The notes under the pieces are model-generated. The model made no database searches, was not told the DNA's origin, and saw only the letters and a program-made list of their open reading frames with translations. Below, one piece after another: positions 23,891-35,900 of a stretch of DNA of 64,000 bases (its first letter is position 1; each line of letters begins with the position of its first letter). Made by a program: the position numbers and the translations under genes. The DNA comes from Eledone cirrhosa (lineage: Eukaryota): positions 224,440,001 through 224,504,000 of the forward strand of contig OZ024741.1 in assembly GCA_964016885.1 (NCBI GenBank), in the 5' to 3' direction.

Positions 23891-24700
23891 TATATTTCCC
23901 TATAAACCTTTATTTTCCTATAAATTATCTATCTTCTGCTTCTTTCATTTGTTTTTCATGATTTTTTTTTTGATTTTTTTTTCTCTCATTTGTCATCATC
24001 TCTACCTGCAACATTGTCACCACCACCACCAACACCACCACCAACACCACCACACCCACTGCTGCTGCCACCTACTGCTGCCACCACCACCACTACCACC
24101 ATCACTGCTGCCACCACCACTACTGCCATCATCACCACCTCCACCACCACCAACACCACCAACACCACCACCACCACCACAGCCGCCGACACCACCGCCA
24201 CCTCTACCAATAACAACACCACTATTACCACCACCACAACCACTACCACCACCCAACCACTACCACTGCCACTGCAACCACCACCACCACCACCACCACT
24301 ACCACCACATACATTGTAATATATATGGTGAAATAAATCTGTGTATGGTTAATACATATTTTATTTTCATTTTTTACACAGGTCACACACACACACACAC
24401 ACACATACACACATACAAACACACATACATACACCCATACACACATACAAACACACATACATACACACATGCACACATACAAACACACATACATACACAC
24501 ATACACACATACACATACACACATACAAACACACATACATACGCACATACACACACATACACACACATACATACACACATACACACACATACACATACAT
24601 ACACATACATACACATACACATACACACACATACACACACATGCACACACACACACACACACACACATACACACACATGTGCACATACACACACACGCAC
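23130..24700. repeat. Cluster of simple repeats: degenerate (GT)n, (TA)n at 23775-23890, (CCA)n at 24015-24310, (CA)n at 24385-24700
   Basis: Directly visible. Confidence 0.93.
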
Positions 24701-25009
24701 ATCCTCATCTTTCTTTGAAAATCTTTGCTAAACCTCAAGGCCCTATATGTTAACAGCATTTATCATTCTTCATGCTCTGAAGGCAACACAAACAACAAGA
24801 ACTAAGACTGAGAGGCCAACCATAAAATCCTCTAGGTCTCATTCTTTGTCCAAATATTTAATCTGTTACTAAGTCTTTTATTGTGATGTCTACTTAGATG
24901 TACCAATACCCACACAATGGTACTCAAATTCAGCCACATATATATTGTATTTCTTTAGCTCTTAGCTGTACAAAAATAAAAAAAAACAGGCACATGGCTT
25001 ATGGAAGCA

Positions 25010-25345
25010 CATGGCTTAGTGGTTAGAGCATTGGCCTTGCAATCGAAAGGTTGTGAGTTCAATTCTCAGACCGGGTGATGTGTTGTTTCCTTGAGCAAGA
25101 CACTTTATTTCACATTGCTCCAGTTTACTCAGCTGTAGAAATGAGATGATAGGGACTGGGGTCCCTATCATTCCACTGTAAAGTGGTCGTGGAGGTGCCA
25201 CAGCAAAAAGCACCCAGCACTCACTGTAAATGAGGTTGGTGTTAGGAAGGGCATCCAGCTGTAGAAATCAAGCCAGCATCAGTTCCCGTCCCACCCTTGC
25301 AAGCAGGGAAAAAGCGGACGTAAAATGAAATGATGAAATGATGAA
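25010..25345 (+). mobile_element. tRNA-derived SINE family B head and CORE-like body, with an RTE-derived 3' half
   Basis: A-box TGGCTTAGTGGTTAG, B-box GAGTTCAATTC, body CCTTGAGCAAGACACTT. The 3' part matches RTE UTR/tail sequences at 14650-14695 and 15690-15740. Confidence 0.85.
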
Positions 25346-25387
25346 AAAGATTTTCTCAATCTTTAAAGAATACTTTGCTCTTCCCAG

Positions 25388-25452
<65 letters not shown>

Positions 25453-25767
25453 CTCCCCTCCTCCCTCTCTCTCCCCCTCCCTCTCTCTATCTATCTTTCT
25501 ATTAATCTATCTATCTATCTGTCTGTTTATCTATCTCGGATTCTGTCTAACACGTGGAAAATGCGGTGGTGAGTAAATGTTTTAATTTCATTGGAAATTG
25601 CATGAACTGAATCTACATTCTTACACCATTTTGTAGATAAGCTGCCACCCTACACTTTGTAGGTGGTAGCAACCCCAAATAATAAGCCCATCAGGGCGAA
25701 AAACGGAGAAATCCCACAAAATTTCTACCGGAATTTTGAATATACCCAAAATGGCCAAATTCTTTGA

Positions 25768-28700
25768 CGGGGTGGTGTGTAACAGCCTCAAACAGTTAAT
25801 CGGCCGATTTGACCTGGCCGATAGATATCGACTAGATTTTCCGACTGTGCCACTGTGGACGTAGACTAATCGCAGTGGAACATCTAGTTCGTACCTAGAT
25901 AGGGTTCTAGTTAGAAAGAAGGATAGGGACATGTTAAGCTGTCCACAAATGTTCATAGTTGCCTATTCAGATCACAAATTAGTGACCTGCTTAGTCAACC
26001 TTGACAAAACCCATAGACAGGGACCCCGCTACTGGAAGCTGAACTTGTCGTTACTGACATGCAAAGCTTACAGTAGACGGATTAGCACTTTAGTTAAGCA
26101 GCACTTGACGGGGGCCATTGTCAACAACAGATGGTGGTACTCTCTCAAGAGAGCAGTTAGATTAGACTCGATAGGTTTTAGTAAAGAATTAGAGTTAGAT
26201 AGAACTAAAACCGAAAAGGAACTGGTAGATAAAGTAGAAGAGGCAATTAGGAGTGGCAACATAGCCAGCGTGCTAGCAACAAGAATAGCCTTGGACTAGT
26301 TCTTCGACTCAAAACATAAAGGCTGCATTGTCAGAAGCAAAATACGTGCTCTGGGTAACGAGGGAGCCAAAGCTGTTAGCTGGGCCCGCGTGACGGAGGC
26401 GAAAAGTGGCAACAAGTCCACGATTCGGTCTTTGAAGGACCAAGACGGACGCGTGATACGTGAGCCGAAGCAGATGTGCGCAGCCTTTCCACGGCACTTT
26501 GCTCAACTGTTCGGGCAGGTCGGCGCGCCGGGAGGGGCTATGGATTTCAGTCCATACCTCGACGGCCTACCGCGACTCTTGGACAGCGAGGCAAAGTTCT
26601 GCGAAAGGCCGATTTTGGCTGCTGAGATAGGGGACGTGCTGAGCCAATGTGGCAAATGCAAATCTCGGTCTACCCTACGAATTTTACGTAGCAATGCCGG
26701 ACTTGTTCTCTGGTCTCCTGGAAGCGGTCTACTGCAACTGGCAGCAGAACAGGAGAATTCCCAGTTCTGTGACCAAGGGCATAGTCACGTTAGTCAGGAA
26801 GGATGAGAATAAGGGGGATGATATAGGCAACTTCCGGCCCATAACTCTGCTAAACACAGAGTTACAGATTTTGGCCAAGGTGTTGGCAAAGAAGCTGGCG
26901 CTTGTCGTCGAAAACCTGGTGGGAGAAGCGCAGACATGCGCAATCCCGACCAGGTCCATACACGACAACCTCCACCTCATGCGATACATCATAGAGAGGG
27001 TAGGGTGTAAACCCGGCCTCGGTGGGCCCTGATCAACTTGGATCAGTCTAAGGCTTTCGATAGGGTTGACTATCATTACCTGGATGTGGTGCTCGAGGCG
27101 GCAGGCTTCGGACACGTGTTCAGGGGCTGGATTGATGCAATGCACAGCAGCAACATCTGCTCAAGGGTCAAGGTGAACGGCTACCTCTCGGAGCCGTTCC
27201 ATATCACGCGATCCATCCGACAGGGATGCCCTCTCTCCTCCTTCTGTACATACTGACTCTCGATCCACTACTGCGGAAGTTGGAGCTATTGCAGGGCATC
27301 CCTTTGGAATCGGGACTGCGAAAATCGGCGTCGGCCTACGCCAACGACGTAACAGTAATGGTGTCGAGCACCTCGCAAATCAGGGAGTTCGGCACCTTAC
27401 TGGAGGAATATGAAAGGTTCACAGGAGCGAAGCTGAACTGGGACAAATCCGTCGGTTTGCAACTCGGATCGTGGAGAGGCAAACCAATGCCTTCCGGTGG
27501 TGTCGTCGGACGCTGGACGGAAGGACCAGTAAAGTTGCTCGGGGTCTGGTTTGTTCTGGACCTCCAGGTGGAGAAGAACTGGAACGAGGTGATAGCCAAG
27601 GTGTTTGCGCTCACCCAGAAGTGGGCCGAGTGCAAACTATCCTTGAAAGGTCAAGCGGAGGTGGCGAACACTTTTATAGCATCCGTCATCTACTACCGCT
27701 TGACTGTCGTGCCTTGTCCAGCCAAAACGCTCACCAAAATGGAGCGCGCTCTCTTCCAATTCCTTTGGAAGAAACGGGTTCCTTTGGTGAGAAGATCCAT
27801 CTGCTGCCAACACCCTTCAAACAGAGGGCTGGGGATGCCGTGGCTAATGATGCACAAACACGCGCTCAGGCTGCGGCACCTCCACGTATTCCTCACTGGA
27901 CAACCGGTGTGGGCCCTGTTTGTGAGGCGAGCCTTCCCACAACTCGTCTCGCTGACTGAGCTGCAGTCCTGGGTCAAGCAAAGACCAAGGAAAATGGGCG
28001 ACTGGCACATCAAATGTGCTCAGGCACTCACAGTCCTCTGGCAAATGGACCCGGCAATCAGTGGAGACTCCACTTCGACATTCTATAGAGGTTGGTCCGC
28101 AGCAAGTGCGACGACGTGCTCGGAGAAACTCTAGGCGTAGAGGAGGACGAACTGGCCAGTCTGTTCGGTAGGACCTTCCGCCCGGGACCAATGGACAACT
28201 TCCAAAAGTCCCTGACCTGGCAGTGCTACCGAGGAGCTCTACCAGTTCGAGACAAGCTCTACAGACACGAGCGCCTGGGCAGGGACCCTTCGAAAAAGAT
28301 CTGTCCGAGATGCGTGCGCGACGAGGAAACCGTCGCGCACGCATTTGTACTTTCCCCTTGCGTTACCGACCTGTGGGGCTATGTAGAACGACTATTGTCA
28401 CGGGTGGGAACAATACAGTTAACTACCGAGTCCATTGTCATGATCAAACCGCCACCCTCCTTCAAAAACGAGGGAGAGGCGGTTTTCCCATGTGTTATGG
28501 CTATGGTGAAAGAGGTTATATGGTGGACGAGGTTAAAAGGGCTGAGGTCAGACACCTTTCTGTCCGGCGAGCAACTGATTCGTTTTTTCAAATATCATTT
28601 TGGAAGAAGAATCAGGATGGAGAGAGAGGTGCTGTACCCCAGAAAATTTTATAAAAGGTGGGTGAATGTGGCAAAGATGGCCTGAGTGGTTGGGCCTTCT

Positions 28701-28904
28701 CTCTATATAAGCCTGTAGGTTGAGGAGGAAGAGAGGAAGGGAGTACTCACTCTTGGTGCTCCTGGAGATGAGGGTTGTACATTCCCCTATTTGGGATTTC
28801 AATTATTTGTTATTTTATTAATAGTTTTATTTTCATATACCTGTATGTAAACACCCCATTTGTATTTGTCCCTTTCTTTTGTACCCATGTGACTAATAAA
28901 GAAA
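25768..28904 (+). mobile_element. Tx1/L1-clade LINE, 5'-truncated, disrupted ORF2 (APE C-terminus, RT, CCHC/zf-RVT region) and 3' UTR
   Basis: YLDRVLV..SDHKLV..YWKLNLSLL; NFRPITLLNTE; DQSKAFDRV; IRQGCPLS; YAND (mutated YADD); ICPRC..EETVAH. Several frameshifts and stops. AATAAA at 28895. Confidence 0.95.
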
Positions 28905-29004
28905 TTTATCTATCTATCTGTCTGTTTGCCGGTCAGTCAGCCTTCCTGTCAGTTTGTCTGGCTATCTAGCTGTCATTTTTTATGCCCATCATTGTGTGTG
29001 TATA

Positions 29005-29260
29005 TCCTTAAAGGGTGGAGGAACTCAACAGAGTCACTGGCCATCTAAATACTACTTTTTTTTTTTTTTCCACCTGGGAGTGAAAGGCCCCCAGTTGTTG
29101 TCACAAAACCTTTCGAAGAGAGGGAAACTCTGAAAAAAGAAAAACCGGTGGCTTCGAAAGCATCCAATGATGTTGACCAGTGTTTTCGATGCTCAGAGAG
29201 TGGGATTGGCCAAGTGCATGACCTTTCCGCACTTAAAAACCTTCACAGCACAGGCATTGT
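29005..29260 (+). mobile_element. Non-coding repeat homologous to 46550-46795 (probable RTE-type 5' UTR)
   Basis: Shared blocks AGAGTCA.TGGCCATC.AAA, GAAA(A)CTCTGA, TCCAATGATGTTGAC, GAGAGTGGGA.TGGC and CTTCAC.GCACAGGCATTG. Confidence 0.6.
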
Positions 29261-29384
29261 TTATTCAGGATCTGTTATAAGTTGATGTGGCTGGCCGTAG
29301 CCTAAAAGTGTACCATTTTCTGTAATCTGGCAAGCGATTGCAATTCTCTTAGCAGAGTTTGCAACCATCATATATATATCATCA

Positions 29385-31425
29385 TCATCAACAACACCAT
29401 ATCGAGTTTCCTCGGACAATGTTGATAATTATACTTCTTCAGCATGGCTTCTATGAGTTCATTCTTTCTAAGATTTGTGTCTTTACAAACCTGCTCCAGA
29501 AATGTAGCATGAGGTCAACCTCTTGTTCTACCATGTGTAGGTTCCCATATCAGTAACTGGTGTAATGCCTCTACCCAATCCCTTCGCCATACATGACCTA
29601 TGAGACCGAGTCTTCTAGCATTTATGACATATGTAATCCATCTCACATTGCCGTATAGAGACTTGTTTGTTCTGTGTTCCTTCCAAGATAAATTTTGCAC
29701 TTTCCTTGGTAGTCTTGTATAGTCTTGTATATGTGCCATCTAACCATCTTTTGTGAGTGTCCAGCACTCTGCTCAAACAAAAGGACACTTTCAACTGTTG
29801 ATCGAAAGAACTTAATCTTTAGTTTGGTTCATGTTTGATTTCTAAAAGACATTCATTTTGTTTGCAACTGTCCAGGCTAAGTTAATTCTAGTGCGCATGT
29901 CTTTTTCTGAATAAAATATCCGAAATCCTCAACTCTTTTTAGGTAATTTCCTCTTTGTGACACAACATCACCTTCTTTATGGTTATATGCAATATATTCC
30001 ATCTTTTTCTCATCTATGTGAAGTCCAATTGTTTCAGCAGCCCATTCCACCCTGTAACAACAGCTGTGCTATTACACAGGTGTCTGATAAGAGTGCGATA
30101 TCATTTGTAAAATCGGCATCAGTTATTGTTATTTCAGGGTGCTATGTTGAGGATGTAGTGTGAATCCTGTTTGATGAGCATGCTATGTCTCATTGCATCA
30201 TCAAGAGTTAATATGAAGAACATCCAATTTTAGTTTGAAGAAGTGCATTTCACCATCAGGGGACAGTACTTTTGTTTCTGTGCCATTGTCGAGAGTACCT
30301 ACAGTTTTCATGATTTGTAACAGAATTTCATTATTTGTTTGAGTTTTCCCCAATGAATGGAATCAAAAACTTTGCTAAATTCAATGAATGTGATAACAGC
30401 CAGAAGGTTCTTTGCTTTTACTCCTTCGATGAGTCTTCTAAGGGTCAGGATTTGCCCCAGCGTTGATTTATTTGAATGAAATCCATTTTGGTTTATGCGA
30501 AGTATTGGTTCTAAATAGGGTTTAGTTCTATGGAGTGGTATTTTGTTGTAGATTCTAGATGATATCACTATGAGAATAATTCCATGGTAATTTTTGACAT
30601 CACTAAGATCACTTATTTTTTGGAAGTGGAGTTATGAAACTTTTGCTCCAAATGTTTGGCTTATCTCCATGAAAGTTGACACACTTTGAGTAGTGTGTGA
30701 ACTAAGGCTTCAGTTTTCCTGACCTCAATTGGAATGTCATCGAGTTCTGCCGCCTTTCTGTTTTTGAAGGATTTAATTATCTTCAGTAGTTCATCTTTTG
30801 TGAAATCAATAGTAACGATTGGTAATGTACTGTCAACTACTCATGTGATATTTTATTCTCTTATAACAGATGGTTGACCAAGAAGATTTTGGAAGTGGTC
30901 ATTTAATTTTTGTACACATTCTTTTGGCATCTTAGCTTTTATCTTGCATGCTAGTGTATTCTTTCGACTAGTAATTTCATTGACAGTTGTCCAAGCAATA
31001 TTTGATGATTGATTTTGTACTACGTTTGATATGATGTTGATTTTGTTGTCTATATATGAAGTAAGCTCTTCATTATAGGTAGCCTTAAGATCATGTTTGG
31101 CTGCTTGGAAACAATCATTATTTACTGGACTTTCATTTCTTAATAATGCCTTTTGTGCTTCTTGAATTGTTATTTGTTTGATTTTAATCTTATAGTTTTC
31201 CCATGGTACACATTTCTTTTTCTTCTCCAATCTTGGTATGGATTGTTCAGCAGCTTCTTTATGGACAACCATGACGTTTTTATATATTTCATCAGTATTT
31301 CTTTCTTTTGTGTTTACCTGCAGTGAATAATATCATCAGTTAGTAGTTTATTCCAATCATGTTTCACCTTCATTTTGGTTTGATTTTTATACATTCTTAG
31401 ACTAAGTTTTATTTTCACAGATAAT
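29385..31425 (-). mobile_element. Degraded RTE/RTE-X-clade LINE (RT and C-terminus, (TGA)n tail)
   Basis: LRINQNGF..STLGQILTLRRLIEGVKAKNL..FIEFSKVFDSIH; YTRLPRKVQNLSWKEH..RRLGLIGHVWR..WEPTHGRTRG. Confidence 0.88.
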
Positions 31426-31476
31426 AGAGATGTACGCAATATATTTATGTATAACAAACATATATAAATCTTACTC

Positions 31477-31630
31477 TGAATGTTTTAAGCTGTGACCATG
31501 TCACAGCTATCTCAGTAGCCATGTGAGAACACTAGGCATTAGTGTTTCAGAATTTTTTACTCCATCATCGTCTAGTGTTTTCATATGGCTTCTGAGATAG
31601 CATTGACATGATCACAACTTAAAACATTCA
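31477..31630 (-). repeat. Imperfect 59-bp inverted repeat enclosing a degenerate hammerhead-like core
   Basis: Arms TGAATGTTTTAAGCTGTGACCATGTC..AACACTAG / CTAGTGTT..GACATGATCACAACTTAAAACATTCA. The minus-strand loop reads CGATGA-TGGAGTAAAAAATTCT-GAAAC. Confidence 0.7.
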
Positions 31631-31661
31631 TACATATTCATTATATGTTTATATATATATA

Positions 31662-31883
31662 AGTTGATCGACAAGATCTCAGACCTCGTCAAATCGGACC
31701 GAGGAAATAATGTTTCCATTGGTCTTTCCAGTTGTTAATACTATCTACTGGTCACAAGTCCAGGAAGAAAGAGCAACGTGAAATAAAGTGTCTTGTTCTA
31801 GGACATAACACATCACCCAGTCCAGGAATCGAACTCACAACCTCATGATTGCGAATCCAACGCAAATCCACGCGCCTTCACTA
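31662..31883 (-). mobile_element. tRNA-derived SINE family B (same body as 60502-60742)
   Basis: Reverse complement carries GGTTGTGAGTTCGATTCCTGGAC, CAAGACACTTTATTTCACGTTGCTC and AACTGGAAAGACCAA..TTTCCTCGGTC.GATTTGACGA. Confidence 0.85.
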
Positions 31884-32593
31884 ATGTTTACTATACATAA
31901 ACATATCCTATATGCCTTCATATATGCCTCTATTATGAAACATGTTAGTGTTACTGTTAGTTATTCAATGTGTTATTAAAAAAAGAGACTGTAGGGTATT
32001 TCTAACAGTATTTCTAGAAATTTCTTTGTTAGTTTGTGTAAGTAGTTTCAAATAATGTTAGGTTCATGTCACATTCGAAATAGCTGGTCATGTTTGTTTG
32101 TTTTCGCATTTAAATATAAGATATCTTATAGAAAACTGTCCAACTTTATTAGTTTCTGCTGGCTTCATAATAAATGACTGAGAAAAACTCTAGAAAACAT
32201 TATACAGCTTATAAATTGATAAAATTTTAATATCTAAACATATTTAGTCTGGAAGTGAAGGGATTGTGTATGTGTATGTATGTGTATATATGTGTATGTG
32301 TATGTATGTGTATATATGTGTATGCCTCTCTCTCTATCTGTCTGTTTCTCTCTCTCTCTCTCTCTCTCTCTGTTTATAAGGAGGTAGAAAAAAATCTTTT
32401 ATATATTCCTAACATAGTGAAGCATCCCCGAAATAATGATGGAAGAGGTAAGGGAACACCATAACAGATTAGTGAACCAAAGATCAGAGAATGTCTGTCT
32501 ATGAGAGAGAGAGGGGCGGAGGTCAAAGAGGATGAGAGATCTGATGAGAGTGGTGAGAGTAACAGAGATATAGAGAAAAAGGGAGAGAAACAG

Positions 32594-32651
<58 letters not shown>

Positions 32652-32970
32652 AAAGAGAGAGAGAAAGAAAGAAGGATAAAGGAGAAACCAAAAGGATGGG
32701 AGATACAGAGAGAGGGGTGAAATGATGTGAGGGGGTGAGAGAAAGATATATATATATATAGAGAGAGAGATAGAGTAGAAGTGAAAGAGTGAAAGTCACG
32801 GAGAGAGGATGAGAGATATGGTGATGGAGGCAAGAGAGAGAGAGAGAGAGAAGGCTAGATAGAGATAGATAGAGAGAGAGAGAGGAGATGGAGAGAGAGT
32901 TGCGTAAAGCAATTCTCTTTTTCTTTTTTTTTTGTCTTCCTAAGAAACAAACCTGTAAATAATGAAGTTA

Positions 32971-35900
32971 TTGGTGGTGGTGGTGGTGGTGGTGGTGGTG
33001 GTGGTGGTGGTGGTATGGTGGTGGTAGTGGTGGTATGGTGGTGGTATGGTGGTGGTAGTGGTGGTGGTATGGTGGTGGTAGTGGTGGTGGTGGTGGTGGT
33101 GGTGGTATGGTGGTGGTGGTGGTGGTGGTGGTGGTGGTGGTGGTGGTGGTGGTCGTGGTCGTGGTGGTAGTGGTGGTGGTGGTGGTGGTGGTGGTGGTGG
33201 TGGTGGTGGTGGTGGTGGTGGTGGTAGTGGTGGTAGTGGTGGTGATGAGGATGGTGGTGGTAGTATGGTGGTGGTAGTGGTGGTGGTGATGGTGGTAGTG
33301 GTGGTGGTGGTGGTATTGATGGTGGAGGTGGTGGTGGTAGTTGTGTAGGTGGTGGTAGTGGTGGTGTAGGTGGTGGTAGTAGTAGTGGTGGTGTAGGTGG
33401 TCGTCGTAGTGATAGTATTGGTGGTGATGGTGGTGGTGGTGTAGGTGGTAGTAGTGCTGATAGTGTAGGTGGTGGGAGAGGTGATGGTGGTGGTAGTAGT
33501 GTTGGTGGTGGTAGTGGTGGTGATGGTGTAGGTGGTGGTAGAGGTGATGGTGGTGTAGGTGGCGGTGGTGGTGGTGGTGGCGGTGGTGGTGGCGGTGATG
33601 GGGGTTGTGATGGTGGTGGTGGTAGTAGTGTAGGTGGTGATGGTAGTGGTGGTAGTGGTGGTGGTGGTGGTAATGGTGATGGTGGTGATGGTGGTGGTGT
33701 TGGTTGTAGTATGGTGGTGGTAGTGGTGGTGGTGATGGGGTGGTGAGGTGGTAGTGGTGGTAGTGGTGTTGGTGGTGGTATGGTGGTGGTAGTGGTAGTG
33801 GTGGTGGTAGTGGTGTTGGTGGTGGTAGTGGTGTTGGTGGTATGGTGGTGGTAGTAGTGGTGGTGGTAATGGGGGGGTGTTGGTGGTGTTGGGGGGTGTT
33901 GTTGGTGTTGGTGGTGGTAGAGGCGATGGTGGTGGTAGTGGTGGTGATGAGGGTGGTGGTGGTGGTGGTGATGATGGTGGTGGTGGTGGTAGTGGTTGTG
34001 GTGATGGTGTAGGTGGTGGTAGTGGTGGGGTAGTGGTGGTGTAGGTGGTGGTAGTAGTGGTGGTGTTGGTGGTGGTGGTGGTGGTGGTGGTAGTGGTGAT
34101 GATGGTGGTGGTAGTGGTAGGTAGTGGTGATGGTAGTGGTGGTGGAGGTGGTGGTTGTGGTGGTAGTAGTGTTGGTGGTGGTAGTGATAGTGGTGGTGAT
34201 GAGGGTGGTGGTGGTGGTATTGATGGTGGTGGTGGTGGTGAGAGTAGTCTAGGTGGTTGTGGTAGTAGTGGAGGTGGTGGTGCTAGTAGTGGTGATGGTG
34301 GTGATGGCGGTGGTGGTAGTGGTGATGGTGGTGATGGCGGTTGTGGTGTAGGTGGTGGTAGTGGTGGGAGTAGTGGTGATAGTGTAGGTGGTGGTAGAGG
34401 TGATGGTGGTGGTAGTAGTGGTGGAGTAGGTGGTGGTGGTTTTGGTTGTTGTTGTGGTGGTGGTGGTGGTGGTAGTAGTGGTGGTAGTCGTGGTGGTGGT
34501 AATGGTGATGGTGGTGATGGTGGTGGTGGTGTAGGTGGTGGTAGTGGTGGTAGTAGTGGTGATAGTGTAGGTGGTGGTAGAGGTGATGGTGGTGGTAGTA
34601 GTGGTGGTAGCAGCGGTGGTGGTAGTGGTGGTGGTTGTGCTGGTGGTGGTAGTGGTGGCAGTAGTGGTGGTGGTGATAATGGTGATGGTGGTGATGGTAG
34701 TGGTGGTGTTGGTGGTGGTATGGTGTTGGTAGTGGGTGGTGGTGGTAGTGGGGTTGGTGGTGGTATGGTGGTGGTAGTGGTTTTGGTGGTGGTATGGTGG
34801 CGGTAGTAGTGGTGGTGGTGGTGATGGGGGGGGGTGTTGGTGATGTAGGTGGTGGTAGAGGTGATGGCGGTGGTAGTAGTGGTGGTGGTGTAGGTTGTGG
34901 TGGTGGTGATAGTGATGGTAGTGCTGTTGTTGGTTGTGGTGGTTGTGGTGGTAGTAGTGGTGGTGGTGGTGGTGATGAGGGTGATGGTGGTAGTGATGGT
35001 GATGGTGGTGGTATTGATGGTGGTGGTGTAGGTGGTGGTGGTAGTAGTGGTAGTGGTGGTAGTGGTGATGGTGGTGGTAGTGGCGGTGATGGTAGTGGTG
35101 TAGGTGGTAGTGGTGGTGGTGGTGGTGTTGTAGGTGGTGGTAGTAGTTGTGGTGATGGTGGTGTAGGTGGTGGTATTGGTAGTGGTGATGGTGGTGGTAT
35201 TGGTAGTGGTGATGGTGGTGTAGGTGGTGGTATTGGTAGTGGTGATGGTGGTGTAGGTGGTGGTATTGGTAGTGGTGATGGTGGTGTAGGTGGTGGTATT
35301 GGTAGTGGTGATGGTGGTGTAGGTGGTGGTATTGGTAGTGGTGTTGGTGGTGTAGGTGGTGGTATTGGTAGTGGTGTTGGTGGTGTAGGTGGTGGTATTG
35401 GTAGTGGTGATGGTGGTGTGGGTGGTGGTATTGGAAGTGGTGATGGTGGTGTAGGTGGTGGTATTGGTAGTGGTGATGGTGGTGTAGGTGGTGGTATTGG
35501 TAGTGGTGATGGTGGTGTAGGTGGTGGTATTGGTAGTGGTGAAGGTGGTGTAGGTGGTGGTATTGGTAGTGGTGATGATGGTGTAGGTGGTGGTATTGGT
35601 AGTGGTGATGGTGGTGTAGGTGGTGGTATTGGTAGTGGTGATGGTGGTGTAGGTGGTGGTATTGGTAGTGGTGATGGTGGTGTAGGTGGTGGTATTGGTA
35701 GTGGTGATGGTGGTGTAGGTGGTGGTATTGGTAGTGGTGATGGTGGTGTAGGTGGTGGTATTGGAAGTGGTGATGGTGGTGTGGGTGGTGGTATTGGTAG
35801 TGGTGATGGTGGTGTAGGTGGTGGTATTGGTAGTGGTGATGGTGGTGTAGGTGGTGGTATTGGTAGTGGTGATGGTGGTGTAGGTGGTGGTATTGGTAGT

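Noticed and set aside
25010-25080. tRNA genes (also 60510-60570 and the SINE A heads)
   Set aside because: A/B boxes continue into SINE bodies; no closable cloverleaf or acceptor stem.
25768-28904. Active autonomous Tx1 LINE
   Set aside because: 5'-truncated with no ORF1, multiple frameshifts and stops, and YADD mutated to YAND.
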